In this document: one piece after another, positions 49,601-64,000 of the stretch
Layout: each line of letters begins with the position of its first letter
Numbering within the stretch: position 1 is the first letter of the stretch
Assembly: GCF_964355755.1 (NCBI RefSeq)
Contig: NC_092674.1
Span: forward strand, 24,428,001 to 24,492,000
Direction of reading: 5' to 3'
Length of the DNA: 64,000 nt
Source of the DNA: Antedon mediterranea
Taxonomy: Eukaryota; Animalia; Echinodermata
The notes under the pieces: model-generated
The model's database searches: none
Seen by the model: the letters and a program-made list of their open reading frames with translations, nothing else
What the model was told of the DNA's origin: nothing
Translations under genes and position numbers: made by a program

Positions 49601-52600
49601 TGTCAATAATTTTCCTGTCAAACAAATTAATATTGACTCAACGTTTAACTAAATAAAAGTCCTAATGAAGCACATCAGTGTGATGTTTTGTTAGTACACT
49701 TGATTTTAATTAGACTTTAGATGCCACGGTGTCTATGTTATCAGTGTTTATTGATTAACTTGAGTCAGACGTACTGAGTTGTCAAATTTATGTCTTGCTG
49801 AAACAGATTCTTCGAGTTCGAGTTTGCTTTTATGTGATCGTCATGTATAATTATTTAGAAAATGTAATTTTAAGAATAATGTTATTGTATAAAGGTTTGC
49901 ATGGCGATTTGAAAGCTTAGTATAAAATTAGGTTTGCGGTACACCAAAAGATATTGAAATCAACGTGTCGGTTGTTTTGCTATAACCTACTTCTAGGCGC
50001 AGGCAAGTAAAGATGATTTGAATGTAAAGTAGCACAGCCTAAGGTGTCGGTAATCATAGAATACATTTAGTATTAATTACTAGATTTCAAATTTTATTTT
50101 ATGTGTTGCCTGTGTTTCTGATCGTAAAAATAAAGAAATATATTAATTTTCTTAAATTTTATAATTTTTTAAAAATTGCATCTTTTAGTACTGTATTGGG
50201 AAAGTTCTATTTTCTAGATATTATATTTGTTTTTCATTCAAACTTTTGCAAGAACAGATGGAGTAAAGGTTTAAAGTGGGTACTGTAAGGTACAAGAATA
50301 GCTTTAATATGAACCAGCATAAATATGTACACTGTTAAATCAATGCACATAAAATATATATAGTCTGCTTTTACCACTCAGATTCTTTTACGAAATGAGA
50401 TGAAATATTTATAGGAATCAATCTCGTTTGATTCTTAATGGAGTTGACATCAAATAGTTAGAATTATTATGACCAAGTGTAGAATTACAGCCAGAAATTG
50501 TTTGATATTTCATTTTTTTGTTAAGAAATACTTAAATCATTTCGTTCATCGTACGATCAAATTTACTTGAGAATTCTCTGACAATTTCAGTGCAATGAAC
50601 TCTTGAAGTAAGGTTTCTGAGAATTTTTTTTTGGGCTGCAGATGTAGAAAACCAGTAACTTTCTACTACTACTGTATTACTGAAACCGAGTCTGTATGTT
50701 CTGTCAATTGTCATCACCTTGATTCTTTTTCAACCATGGCACCATTTTTAACTATTAACTTTATTGCATATTAAAAATACTAAATAGTGGCCCAATTGCT
50801 AAATTGCATGTCAACATTATATAATATTTAAAAAAAAATTAATATAAAATCATATAAAAATACTGTAGAAGATACTGTATATTAATACAAATATATAACA
50901 ATAACAAAACATAACAAAAATCAGTATAAAAACTCAATGGTAATAACTAATATACAAAATCAACATAGGAACAGACTTAAGCAGCTCATGATGGGGACCT
51001 TCGGAGAGAATGGTGGCACACACCCTGCCCCAAACCAATCACGCCTTATTGGGATTGGAAACCAATCATGTTTAAAACTATTAATAGAAACTACCAAACT
51101 AACTCTCCTATTTTACTATAAGAAATGTAACTACTGTAAGTCAGTTGCATTTTTGCAAATGGTTCAGTGAAATAATCTTGTAGTCAATTCAGTGACTCTA
51201 CTTAAACTGTAATCAATGTTGATTTTAATGAAATGTGATCTGATCAGAGGTTAATAAGGGAAAATGACAACTATTTGATTGCTTCAATGATTCGTGATGA
51301 ATGTGTCATGTAGAGTTTATATTAGAGATAAATTGACAGAGAACAAGAAGATGGCAGTTATCTCACATAACCTGACATTGAGATGGAAAATATTAGAGAT
51401 ACATTGACAGAGAACAAGAAGATGGCAGTTATCTTACATAACCTGACATTGAGATGGAAAATCATTGTTGTATGTTTCACACAAAATTCAGATGGCTTTA
51501 CTGTACAACTATGAATGTTAACAATGCTGAGGTGGATTGTTAAATTGATAAGATTGTAATACAAAAAAAAACGAAGATAGAATTCAAAACAATGTCAAAT
51601 GTTAAAGATTCTGTACACTGCAAATTTTAAAAGAAAGTTTATTTTTAAGAAAAAATAATTTTTCTGCTTATAAACATTCAAAGTTAACAAGATTTTATGA
51701 TAGCAAAGGGCATGTTGGATCAATCAACACATACATTTGCTGTCACCTAATTAGTATCTTCAGGAAAATAATCTTTAACTTTAAATCTTTAAATTAAATC
51801 TTGTGTTCATAGTGTAAAGAGAAATTATCTTTTCTCTGGATCAGTGCTTGACAAAACATTCATTCTTTTTTCCCCAAGAAGTGCTTTTTTGGATTTTTTT
51901 TCTTCAGATCTTTGTATTCAATATTCTAAATTTGCCATCTTTTCCAAAGAAATACTCTAAAAATAAACTAATTTCATTTTACTATAATTACACAGTTAGA
52001 TTTATGACTACACAATATGTATACCATTAATGCATACAGTTTCACTTCTTTGTAACTATAGCTTTTAAAATAAAATTAAGTCAGAATTTTCACATTGCAA
52101 CATAATGCATTTATTGCACATCAATTTAATTCCTGATATTAGCTGATGTAAATCCAATCTACTGTACTCTATCGTTCTGTAATAACCTTTGATGAAGGAA
52201 AAAGTACAAAAAGATTATGATTATTATGTAAAATTGTCATATTAAATACAGTGTAATCTTATAAGCTCCTTGGATGGTAATGTCCCATTCCAAGCGTGGC
52301 GTTTTCAGCTAAGTACCGTGATCATTTAAAGTGCCATAGCGTGTGAAAGTGTTCATCATACATCTCCACCAAATTAAAACCTCTAATGTAAAAGCAGAAT
52401 TATTAGATAGATTATAATAATGTTCAATAGCGCAAAATGCAGGGGACAATCAACAGAAGAAATGTTAAAGAAGAGCAAAAGATTAATTATGAAAGTACAA
52501 TTTAATAAAGCCCAAAAGCACCACACTGAAACATTATTTTCGCATTTAAGGCACAAAATATTTGATACCATGTTTAAAGATTCCTTAGTAGTATCAATTA

Positions 52601-55600
52601 ACTGTATTAATTCGTCTTTGTATTTCCCCTTTCACCTTGCCTACCAAATATACCATTACCACACACCAGCCCTGTGTTATTGCATGGCATGCACCCTGGT
52701 GTGTGTAAACTCTGGAGTTTGCTAGGCACCGTTAAAGGGTTTATAATACTCTGAGTAGGTCATAGGTCAGGTATTATTCATAATAGAAAGTATACACTTT
52801 TCCCAAAGAATCGCTGTTGTCCAATGAGTTTAACAATAATGCTGATACTGTATTAAAGCAAAGCAACATACTGGAACAAAACATAACTTGTGAAGTACAA
52901 GCGCATTTGGGCACAAAGTTTTTGAGAAGGCATTATAGTACTTGATGCATTTGAATAATTGATTTATCCATGATTCTATAGTAGTACAGTACAGTAGATT
53001 TGTCAATTAACAATGTTAATTTGTTTTGTTATCTAATACCAACTACATGGGTCAAGCATTATTTAAATATAATGTGTGTGTGTCTACTTGACTTGTTATT
53101 TACACAGATGTGATGGAGATTTTAGTTTAGTATCGAGATCAGTATTTACTGTACTGTAGGTAAAGTAGTTCATAGGAACTTATAATATTGAAACAACCAA
53201 TGACAATGGCAACAAGAGTACTGTAGGTCTACCTGTGTACCCACATGAATTAATTTTTAGATTTGACCTTGACGACCTACAATATTTAATGCGAACTCGT
53301 TATTTCTTATACCGAGCTGCACCAACCCACCAAGTTAGAATGCAACTCATAGTCTCTGAATAAACCCAAACCTTTTATGAATTATATTAAGAACCTTTGA
53401 CAAGAAAAAAAAACTCTCCGCTTTCCACTGAGTGTTCTTGTTTATGGGTTATGGGTACTTTGCATCATTATTTTGGTTTGAAAAAGCAAAGCAAAGCTTT
53501 CTAAAAATGGGCCACAACTCCCTAATGGAGAATTACCAAGAAACTTGCAGCATTTCTTTAAATAGAACTATACATTAAAAAAAAATTTCATTTCAGGCAA
53601 TAATTTCTGAAAAAACATTTCGCACTTCCTAATGTGATGAGTTCAATCATCTTATGTTAGAAAACAAACTCAAAATATTGATTAATTAAATAGGAAACAT
53701 AGAACTATTTATTCAACAACATTTATTTTATATTAGGTAACAGTAACACAATTCTTGGGTTTCTCAGCTGTTTAGATGAAAGAATTAACCCAATAATCGT
53801 GTAACATGATTTTCTGTGGAAGACAGATGGCACGAGTGTTGCAAAGAAGTTTATTATGAATGAATTGTATTGTAATATTTACAGTACATGTTTATTAATG
53901 CATTGCTATATCCTTGAGGCTATTTTCATTTAAAAGCAAGCCGACGAAATCTATTATGCCCCGAGCGGAAACAATGCCACAATGGGTATATCATGTGTTT
54001 GTTTGTTCTTAATAGCAATGTGTAAAATGGGAAAGTTAATTTAAAACACCAAGTTAAATCATAATTTTGACATTATCACTGACTAGTTCCAATTTATACA
54101 CTGATAAATACTGTTTTATTTTTACCTTTGACTTGATATGATGATAGCAAATGCCAAACGAAGTCAATCGTGTGTGATAGATGTGGCCTATATTTATTTT
54201 AACAGATGTACTGTACAAAGTTGCTGTAAAATTATTCATTTTGACAATTTCATATTTATTCTATTTTAAAGATCGAACTTTTCAAAACATCTGTACTTTT
54301 TAAAATCAAATCATTACTTACGCTGAGAAGGAGGTGATATTAAAATTGAAGAAAAAAAAGAGGTGTTTTTTTTTTATTTCTTGAAATGATAATAATTTCG
54401 ATATTGAATACAAAAGGATTGGAAGAGGAAACCGACCTATGTGATGAGCACATGATTCGAACCCACCATCACACTGTGTCACATGCTCTTAGAAAAAACA
54501 ATTCCTAAAAAATTCAATGAATTATATTTTCTTTGCAGTTAACTCAACTTTTTGAACGTCTGACAAACAACGAAGATGACTACGTTTTATATTTAACAGA
54601 TGTGTCCTCCGACAATTTTGCCGTGGCGCCGGATGGATCAGTGTACATTGTAGATGCTGAGAATATCATTGTTGTGGATAAACAACAGATTAGAAAGGGT
54701 ATTTTTTAACTTAATATTTATCATAGCTTTACAATGGCATATAGAAAACAGTGGTAGTGTTTTAATAGGGATCAAGTTTAAATTATTTTACTGCAGTTTC
54801 TGCAGTTACTATTGCAATAATGGACTTTTAGTTTGTTTTAATGTTTTATTCTGAGGCATTGACTGCAATAAACAGTGTGTATGGTTTCCATCTCAAGCTT
54901 TCTACCTAATTGCATAAACAGGTTTAAAGAGCAAACAAATGTAGTTTACTCATGCAGTAAATGCAATTATTAATTTTACCATGATCCCTAATAAAAGGTA
55001 TAAAGTCTACTGTATTCATAACCAGAGGGCACACCTTTGATGTTTATTGACTCTTATGTTTCATACTGCATGTTTTGTCAGTCAGGCTAAGAATGGTGTG
55101 AGATTTGGTAATGTTTAACTCTGACATTACAATTCACAATAATACCAGTACAATTTTACTTCCTTAATGGAAAATTATAGACCTTTATAATTAAAGAAAT
55201 TCCAACTGTAGAAATATCCCAAGATTTCCATGTGAAAAATGCTAATTAAAACTTTAAAAAATAACTTCTTTTAATCTGATCAATCTAATTAAATCTAATT
55301 AATGAATCAAATAATTCTTTCACTCGCCACATTTACAACAACTCCTTAAATCCCACCTTTTTAATTTGCACTTTTAAACATTAATTAATTTTGTGCTTTT
55401 TTCATTTTCTGTTGATTGTTCAGCGCTCTGCATTTTGCTCTATATAAATTGAACATTACTATTTTTATCATTTTCATTGATGTTGAATTTAAGTAATTAA
55501 AATATTTTGTTATTATTTTGTCCATTTTTTGAATTAAGGAAATTAAAAAAAAAAATTCTCTTTCACATATGCAACTAAAAATTCATTGAGCACTCTCAGT

Positions 55601-58600
55601 CATACAAACCAACTGTTTGAAGTGGAAATGGAAATGCTTTTCAATTATGCTATCCATTTCATCAGAGTGTATTTTTACTCTACAATTACATCTAAATTTT
55701 TGCATTAAGGAAGTTCTGTTTTCTGTAATTTGATTTTTTCTTCCGATTTTTGACGATGAAGTTGATTGATATGCTTAGATGTTACGATTCATTATGGCTG
55801 AGCGTTGCTGACTCTAAATGTCAAATATTTTATGATCGATCCTTGCGTGATTTGCTTTTACATCGCGTAGCACTAAATAAATTACACAATTCTGTCTTGA
55901 TCGAACTATAATTCGTTCATTCATTCTTTCTTCCGAAATTACTGTACGCTTTTCACATTTGTCTGTTTAGAGCAGGATGGTTTGTTATTTTGTTATACTG
56001 TAGTACATTTGTCTGTTTAGAGCAGGATGGTTTGTTATTTTGTTATACTGTAGTACATTTGTCTGTTTAGAGCAGGATGGTTTGTTATTTTGTTATACTG
56101 TAGTACATTTGTCTGTTTAGAGCAGGATGGTTTGTTATTTTGTTATACTGTAGTACATTTGTCTGTTTAGAGCAGGATGGTTTGTTATTTTGTTATACTG
56201 TAACATTTGTCTGTTTAGAGCAGGATGGTTTGTTATTTTTGTGTCCTTACAAATATTCCTTTACTTGTTTTTCCTAAAAGATGCCCATTAACAAAAAATA
56301 TTTGAATTATTTATAAAAAAAAACATAATACGTAAATGAAAACAACAATCTAAAGGTTTGGTTTTTTAGTAGGATCTCAAATTGTCACTCCGATTCAAAG
56401 GACATACATTTTAATTTTTCATTTTTTATTCATTCCTTCTTTGGTATGCCCCCATTAAGGGACTCCTGCCTATAAAACGAATTAAGGCAATATTTATTTA
56501 TTTATTTATTTTCAATCTTTCTACATAGCAAAAAAAAACAAACATATAAGTATAACAGGGGAGTAGCGGAAAAGCAAAAGTATAAAACTGTCATCTTGTG
56601 ATGTGCTTGACCAGCCCCTGTCAACTTGAACGATACAATAACACCGACATTTAACAAATTTAGAAAAATACATAGAAAAATATGGTATAATAAAATGTTA
56701 ACAAAAGTGTTATAAAAATGCAATTGCTATCTGAACAATCTGATTGTGTAAAAGTTAAAAATTCTGATTGTATAAAAGTTAAAAATTCTGATTGTATAAA
56801 GGTTAACAATTCTGATTGTATAAAAGTTAAAAATTCTGATTGTATAAAAGTTAAAAATTCTGATTGTATAAAAGTTAAAAATTCTGATTGTATAAAAGTT
56901 AAAAATTCTGATTGTAAATATGTGCTTTAACACAGCCAATCCCTATTAAGGAGACACCCTAATAATGTTACACTTTGGTCATGAAGGTGTCCCCTTACTG
57001 TAATAGGGGTCTACTGTAAAATACTGTAGCACTTTATGACCAACCCCTTGTTATACTATAGGATACCCCTATAAAATTAATCATTTATAGTTCTTTTTTT
57101 GTTCTCCATATGTCTGATTTCTGTACCATAAACAAATTAAATAAATATTTTTTAATTTCAATGTACTTCCTCATTTGAATTGAAATAATACGTCTGCTGT
57201 TTTAATTTGATTTTTTTATGGCAAATCTATAAACATTTATAACTATAAACACCCTTTAACACAAAATAATAACAATAATTTGTTACATCTAATACTGCAA
57301 AAGTTAGAAAACAAAAGCAGAAGCGTTTTATTATTTGTTTTTCTTCAATTCATCAACTGTTAACATTTTATTCATTTATTAATTACTACATGTCATTCAA
57401 TTTTCTATTATTTATTCATTTTTCATTAATTTTAATGATTTTCTGTCTGTCATCCATCACATTCTTCATATTTCTTGTCACCGGTTGGGTGACAAAGTGA
57501 CAAGAATGAGAGAATGTAACTGTTCTATTTCACAGGTTCTATAGTCTACAGAATCTTATTTATACAGAGACAATGAGAACGTTGTGTGTCAAATATTAAT
57601 TTTTATACAGTCAACTCTTTTATGACTGGCCTAGTGTATTCTAATGGTCAAAATGAATTTTGGACCTTATGACCTCAAGAAAAGTCTGGTTTTGGGAGAG
57701 TTTCCGGTTTTCAGAGAGTCCAGTATTGGGAGAGTTGACTTCAATACATAACTGAGTGTAATCTCAGCTCTAGACCGTGTTTCGATTTAATTTTGGTCAT
57801 TCAGACAAAAATTGAAACACAGACTCAGGTGGACTAACGTAAGACAATTACTACAGACTTGGGGCAAGTCTAAACTAAGTGGATTCTTCTATTTGATTGG
57901 ATAATTTTTAGTGGCAGAAGTTCGATCTAATTGTTCTATTTTTATAAACATTTTATCTGACCGGTATGGGACTTTGGGGGGGGGGGGGGGGAAGTATTTA
58001 CCTTGTGAAATTAAATAATTTGGAGTCTGCAAAAACATACTGTAATAAATGGCTTTGAAACCTACAATGGATAGAATTGATACTTTGCACCCGGATGGAT
58101 CATTCCTCATGTTCATCATATCTACTTTTCAAGTATGACTATTCAAACCAAACTATACTATTTTACACTATGCGGATGCAGTGTGTCTATTGATTAATTT
58201 GCAGTGAACAACAACTTTACTTGTAAATTTACCAAGGTAAATTCATAAATAGCTTCTGGCTAGTATATGTACAGTAGTCTATGTGGAGCCAATATCTGTG
58301 TTAATTGATTCCTGATTTACAGTAATATTTACTACTCTGCTAATATACAATAAATTATTCAAAATCCAAAATGATTTGGCATTTCTGAATAGTACAATTA
58401 CTTCCCTTTATTATAAAGGGAAAGCATAAAAGTATATCAAGTTGCCTTTCCTTGTTAGGGACTTAAGCTCTGTATACAATATCAAACTAGTTTGAAAAAA
58501 AAAAATGTGCCCAAATATGGTAGTGATATACCCAAGTATGGTAGGGATATACCCAAATATGGTATTGATATATATGGACACATCACATATTTTTGTCACA

Positions 58601-60234
58601 TGAAATTTGATAGTGTGGACAGAGCTTTACTATATTAGAGTTTTCTTTAAGTTTATACTATAGTGAAACTCCTCCTTTAGGACACCCCTATTCAGGGTAC
58701 ACCTTCAATAAGAAAACAGATTCATGTGAAATGAACAAGAAGTAACACTGGCCATAAATTATTCAGAGGACATCCCTGAAGGTGTCCCCTTAAGATTTAA
58801 ATACTATAGAGGAGTGTAATAACAATATAAAATCTATGTTATTCATTTTATATTACCATTTACACACAACGCGGAGCGGATGGGCGGTATTTGCTACACG
58901 GTTTTCCGCTTACCGTTACTGCTAGTCTGTGTAAATTGGCCTTTAAACTGTAGTTGTATATTAATAATTTTTCATATCATTATAAAGGGTTATTTCTTGT
59001 TAAATTAATAACCATATTTGCGGTAATGAAAGTAATCTTAGGACCTACAAACTTATGGATTAATGGCAGCATTAGTGGAAGCCACCTAAAAAGCCAAACA
59101 AATCTAAATCACCCTGTCGCCAACCAATCTGCATACCAAATGTGGACACCTTTATATTATGACCCTTATGTCCATAAATTGAATGTTAATGTAAAAACAC
59201 TAAATCTAAACACAATATTAAACACTTAATTTCTGTTAATGATGTTTAAAATGTTATATCTTTGTTTAGATAAACCAGAAAACTGGGACGTACCATTTGA
59301 ATCCGATCATGATGATTGTGTAGGATGTCTGTCATTTTTTGCTGACCTGTTGTGCACACGGTTACAGACTGACCATAACTACTATGCTATGTGCCATTCC
59401 ATTTTAGGTTTGTGTTGCATGATGTAGAGCTGTAGATTCATGGTTAACGTGCCAATTCAAGATCCAGGGTTCAATCCTAACCTAGTGCCATGGTTCTCCT
59501 AACTTTGTGCCAGGGTTCTCCTAACTTTGTGCCAGGTTTCTCCTAACTTTGTGCCAGGGTTCTCCTAACTTTGTGCCAGGGTTCTCCTAACTTTGTGCCA
59601 GGGTTCTCCTAACTTTGTGCCAGGGTTGTATATTTGTTTCTCTAAACCTCAAATTAAATTTATTTTATAAGCACGATATATTTACCCATCCTATAATTGG
59701 CATGTAGAACCCTCTTTTGTGACACTCCAATTAAAGGGTCACTCCTTAATTAACCCAAATAAGGGGAAATATTTGTTTGGTCAGAAGGTGTCCCTTTTAA
59801 AGAATGTATTTCTTTTTTCTAATGCAAAAATAATAATAGGTCTGATATGGTTCCCCTGAATATGGATTAACCATTATTTTATAAAAAAATTTATTTTTTT
59901 TCATACATCATTTTCCTTCGTTCGTTTCATGACAAAGTGTCCTTTTTGTCAAGCTTAAAATATTTGATAAATAAAAAATAACTTTATTCTTATGTTGAAT
60001 AATGTAGATACCTGTATATATTTGAAAATTTCTTTGTTTTTTATAGGTCCAGAAACTCAGTTCCCAATTGTGAAAGGAGGTTTATTACACGACATTCCCT
60101 TCACGCTTCCTGAAAAACAACAGTTGTTGGATCTAATAATTGAGTGCCAAAAACCAAAAAACCACCTCGGTCGTTTTAAAGCTTTCCCTGCCCTCTCGGC
60201 ACTTCTAAAGAAATTAGCAGAACAAGGCCGGTAA
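46607..60234 (+). CDS. DIPK2A: Divergent protein kinase domain 2A (C3orf58/DIA1/GoPro49), 5 coding exons, ~416 aa
   Basis: Exons 46607-47230, 48773-48913, 54539-54698, 59270-59407 and 60047-60234 (1251 nt). N-terminal signal anchor, then the family motifs KCPACYGTSLC, NVKNVFFG, RCPSQRLLDR, NPEPILLQ, GWPFPGYEGACGR, DVSSDNFAV, VDAENIIVVDK, KPENWD, DHNYYAMC and GGLLHD. Confidence 0.95.
51321..51462. repeat. ~70-bp tandem duplication
   Basis: ATTAGAGATA.ATTGACAGAGAACAAGAAGATGGCAGTTATCT.ACATAACCTGACATTGAGATGGAAAAT occurs twice. Confidence 0.8.
55956..56240. repeat. 50-bp minisatellite, ~5.7 near-identical units
   Basis: GTCTGTTTAG recurs at 55961, 56011, 56061, 56111, 56161 and ~56208. Confidence 0.93.
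56737..56916. repeat. 24-bp minisatellite, ~7.5 units
   Basis: (AATTCTGATTGTATAAAAGTTAAA)n. Confidence 0.92.
58467..58625. mobile_element. Palindromic MITE family 2 (PIF/Harbinger-like), copy
   Basis: TIR GCTCTGTCTACACTATCAAACT with internal TGTGCCCAAATATGGTAGTGAT. Other copies at ~3997-4110, ~6457-6548, ~8742-8880, ~16585-16700, ~22547-22586, ~25541-25678 and ~32922-33054. Confidence 0.8.
59485..59626. repeat. 22-bp minisatellite, ~6 units
   Basis: (GTGCCAGGGTTCTCCTAACTTT)n, immediately after a B-box-like GGGTTCAATCC. Confidence 0.9.
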
Positions 60235-62064
60235 CGAAAACTGTTTTAAGTCTTGGCCGTTTCTAATATTCATTTGGAGTACTTGTTAAGGAATTGACAG
60301 AACAGGGTCAAAGGTGATCAGGGTGATATGATCAGATATTTATGTCATTGTGAAAGTCGTTTCTTGCGCGAACCAATAAAAATATTGATGAGGTTCAATA
60401 TAGTAATATTGATTAAAACTGGCATTCACAATGTAAAAAGCTCTCTCTATTCAAGCCTGTTCTTGCTCTATCTTGCGGCATTTTCAGGTTCAAGCGAAAT
60501 GAGATTGGGGCCTCAGGCTTAGAAATCAACGGGTTATTTTTCTTTATTTAAGCAATACATTAACTGTTTTGCTGAAGTTAACCAAGTGATCGGTAAATCA
60601 ATTTTTCTTTATTGTTTAAGTGCCTTTTAAAAGCATTAGGCTCGTTAAGTGAATCTTTTTTATATAATATATTTGAATAAATGCGACAATTTTAGTAATT
60701 CATTTTAGAGCTGGGAAAGGAACACTCAACACATCCTTTGCAGTTAACCTCATTTACCCATAATTTATTCAATTAAATTATTCCTTTTAAAGATTTTGTT
60801 ATTTATTATTAATTTATAATTTACTTTATTGTCCCCTAAAAACATAACACATGAAGATTATTAAAATCAAATTTTGTAGTTTTAACAAAGTTAATTACTT
60901 CCGTAGAAAAAAAAAAATATTTTCACTTATAAAATGACAAAATAAATGGTTAAATTCAACCAAAAACCCATTGGCTGGCAGCCAATTTGACTATTTTTTG
61001 CTTTAAATTACAGTTTTTTCAGATAAATATTTTTTTTTTCCAATCCAATTTTTGGTCAAAGTGGATAACTATTATGCAACATTTAATGGCATATTCAACA
61101 AAAAATTATATTTCAGGGGGATACATCTTTAATATTATTTATAGGTACAGTTACATTTTTTTTACTATTTAATACATTTTACATCTTTCAAGACAAGTAG
61201 GAGGAATTGCCTCAGTGTACTAGTCCACACATCAGTGACTAAACCTGTACCCACATTAACTTTCTTTAGGAGCATGGTGTGGGTACACCGGCCACCCAGT
61301 TAGTACTAAAAACAAAAACCAACTACAAGGGCGTTGTTTCTGGACAGCCATAAAACCCTGCCAGCCCGTCATGCTAGGTCATGGGGCAACTAGAAATAGA
61401 ACTAGAAAAGCTGGAAATTAGGACACAAATGAATTTACCCTCATTTTGTTTTCAATAATAATTTATTTAACTTTTATTTATAGGTTAATGTACATATTGG
61501 TTTTTATGACTACTGTAATTATGTATTAATTAGTTTAATAAAACAGCCATTATCCTTAATTTATTTACCCATAATTATTTTCAATTGAATTATTTATTTG
61601 AATATTAGGTTATAGTGAATTAAGTGTTTTTTTATACTGTGTTATTATAGTAAAATTGATTGAAATTAATAATTTAATTAAACACCAATAATTAATAAAA
61701 CACCAACCGTCCTTGATTTATTTAACCCCATTTGCCGCATAATTATTTCCAATTTAATTATTTATTTGAATATTAGGTTTAAGTGAATTAAGTTTTTTTT
61801 ATACTCTTATTGTAGTAAAATTGTTTGAAACACCCAACCATCCTTAATTTATTTAACCCCATTTGGCGCAATTTAATTATTATTTATTGGTTCACTACCA
61901 TTATTAGTTGCTGTATGTTGCATGGTTTTATTAAGCTTAGTTAGTTCCCACTAGGACGCAATGCAAGGACGTAGAGGTAACGTAAGTGAGTTGACCAATT
62001 GCAAGTGATTAATTATTCAAACTGTCGATTGTCATTGGTCAACACGCTTACGTTGCGTTTGCAG

Positions 62065-62412
62065 TACTTCTTCTTCTTCTATAAGGAGCAAAGCTACTGC
62101 TCCACTAAGGGTCCCATTGTGACATCGGCACAGCCAACTACGGCGCCAATACGTCTGTCCACAACAGTGTGTGTATATAAATGAACTAGTACACCGGGGT
62201 AACCCCCTACTCGTCTCGAAAGATGTACACTGTACTAGGTTCTTTAAAGTGCACATGAGCCACATGTACACTGGACCTACGGTTTATAGTCCTTATCCGA
62301 GAAGACTTGTTCTACCACCAGAACCATGGAGCGAGTGATCCTCGAACCCTTGCCAATGTTATGGCTATGAATTTCGGTTCCACTGTCTTCACCGCTCAGC
62401 CACACTCACTCA
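62065..62412 (-). mobile_element. tRNA-derived SINE (Meta-domain-like core, (GAA)n tail)
   Basis: On the - strand: A box GTGGCTGAGCGG, B box GGTTCGAGGATC and a (AGA)n tail. The central core reads GGTTCTTTAAAGTGCAC...GGACCTACGGTTTATAGTCCTTATCCGA on the + strand. Confidence 0.65.
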
Positions 62413-64000
62413 GTACGGTATCTACTAACCGTCTTTTGCATTAATTCTTCTGCCTGTAAAAAATGTAGAAAAAAACACAATCCTATTCAGAATTACCAGA
62501 TATTTGGTATTCGGCAAATGCTAATAAAATATACAGTGTACAATTTATACAATTTTAAAAGTAGTACAGCATACAATTTCTTTTCATTTATATACTATCA
62601 ATGAATTTGTATAGTGTGTTTGTGTGCGTGCAATACAGTATTATAAAAATTGGGCATTTTATTTTAAAATGTTGTTTTTTTAAAAACTTTTTTAAAACTT
62701 TTTTTTGTATAACTGTTATCTATATTTTCGTACATGGTTTTTTAAAGAAATAACAACTGCTTATGTGATGCAAATTTTGTAGGAAGTACACCGATTTCCG
62801 ATACTGTATCTATAATTAGTACAAATTCTGTGTTACAGTGTCACATCTATCACATGGAATGCCTGTATCATACTAACCCTGACATTACAGTTGTCAGAAT
62901 TTGCCATATACACGTGCTATATAGAGTGAATTGTACCATATTATATAACTAAATAACAAATTAATTTACCTAAATACCTGTATTTTTGTGTAAAATAAAT
63001 GTGCTTGTTTTTATTTGATATAATGTCCAGTAAGTTGAAATAATACACATTTTACATAATAGATATGAAGTAATAATAAAATAATAATTTAATAATAAAT
63101 ACAAAGTTATAAATAAATAATTATAGACAGCTCAGGGTGTTTTTGTTCCATTATTATTTTTGTGTACTGTTAACATACTTACTGTAGTTCACTCACCTTC
63201 TATCATATATTAATATAATTATTCTGTGTGTGCTAGTAACCATACTGTCTGTTCACTAATAAAACAATATTGCACTCTGTATCATATATAACTTTTTAAA
63301 ATTATTCATTATATGGCTACAACTCGGGGTGTTTATAATTTATTATTTTTTGTTTACTAGTGATAAACTCATTTCACAAATAATGATATAATAATGCCTC
63401 ATCATAGTATTCTTTGTGCTAGTAGTAACCATACTAAAATTTCCCTCCTATCATATTTTTGTTATTATACATATGGCTATGTTAGCTGATGTTTTTTTAA
63501 TATAGAAATATTAAATGTGTATAGTTTATCAAGATATAAAATAAGTTCTCGGTAATACATCTAAAGATAGCTTCTCTTTTATATTATGAACTATTTATCA
63601 AACAATTAGTAGTTTTGTCGGAATACTAATTAGGAAAATAGTTTTTTTTTTTTTTATATTATGACTGCAGTATTATAAATAGGGCCTATTTATAACATGT
63701 GTAGTCTGGGCTCCAGACGGAGTTTTGTCTTATTATTAGTGAAAATATAAATATTTTTGCACATATAATTTTAAATAATACATTTCATAAATATACATAT
63801 AACTTTTCTGGCTGTTTACTTTATCGTTTTGATTTAGCTTTTCGCTTTTTATTTTTGTATCTCCATTGAGATCCAGCCACTGATACCCACAGCATTGTCA
63901 TTTTTTTCAGTAATTTGCCTTTGGATTTATATATATATATATATATAATATAGCCAATAAATTAAAGACTAATATTAAATAAATAATATGAATTGTCCCC

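Noticed and set aside
56718-56939. ORFs (KVKNSDCI)n and (FNFYTIRI)n
   Set aside because: An intronic 24-bp minisatellite; the DIPK2A model is complete without it.

Overview
AT-rich, intron-containing animal genomic DNA. The TAGGCCTA-rich composition and repeat content suggest a marine invertebrate, possibly an echinoderm (inference). Hand-splicing gives seven protein-coding genes. These are ANKRD39 (+, 3 exons), an intronless ankyrin-repeat/SOCS-box gene (-), DIPK2A/C3orf58 (+, 5 coding exons) and, between the last two, a ~34-kb head-to-tail array of four paralogous multi-exon genes on the - strand that the ORF track shows only as fragments. Each paralog has a conserved six-exon, ~220-aa helical N-terminal domain resembling BAR domains (SNX1/Vps5, FAM92, Pil1/Lsp1). 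This is followed by a disordered tail built from phase 1-1 exons that differ between copies. Copies A and C carry a canonical ITAM, tandem YxxM motifs, YxxP motifs and RxLPxxP SH3 ligands. Copy D is proline-rich. Copy B has lost the tyrosine-motif exons and gained a coding minisatellite. All four splice models are open and their lengths are multiples of three. Introns hold Harbinger-like, Mutator-like and Kolobok-like non-autonomous elements, SINE/LINE fragments and minisatellites. Coordinates and family assignments were made by eye, with no database search.
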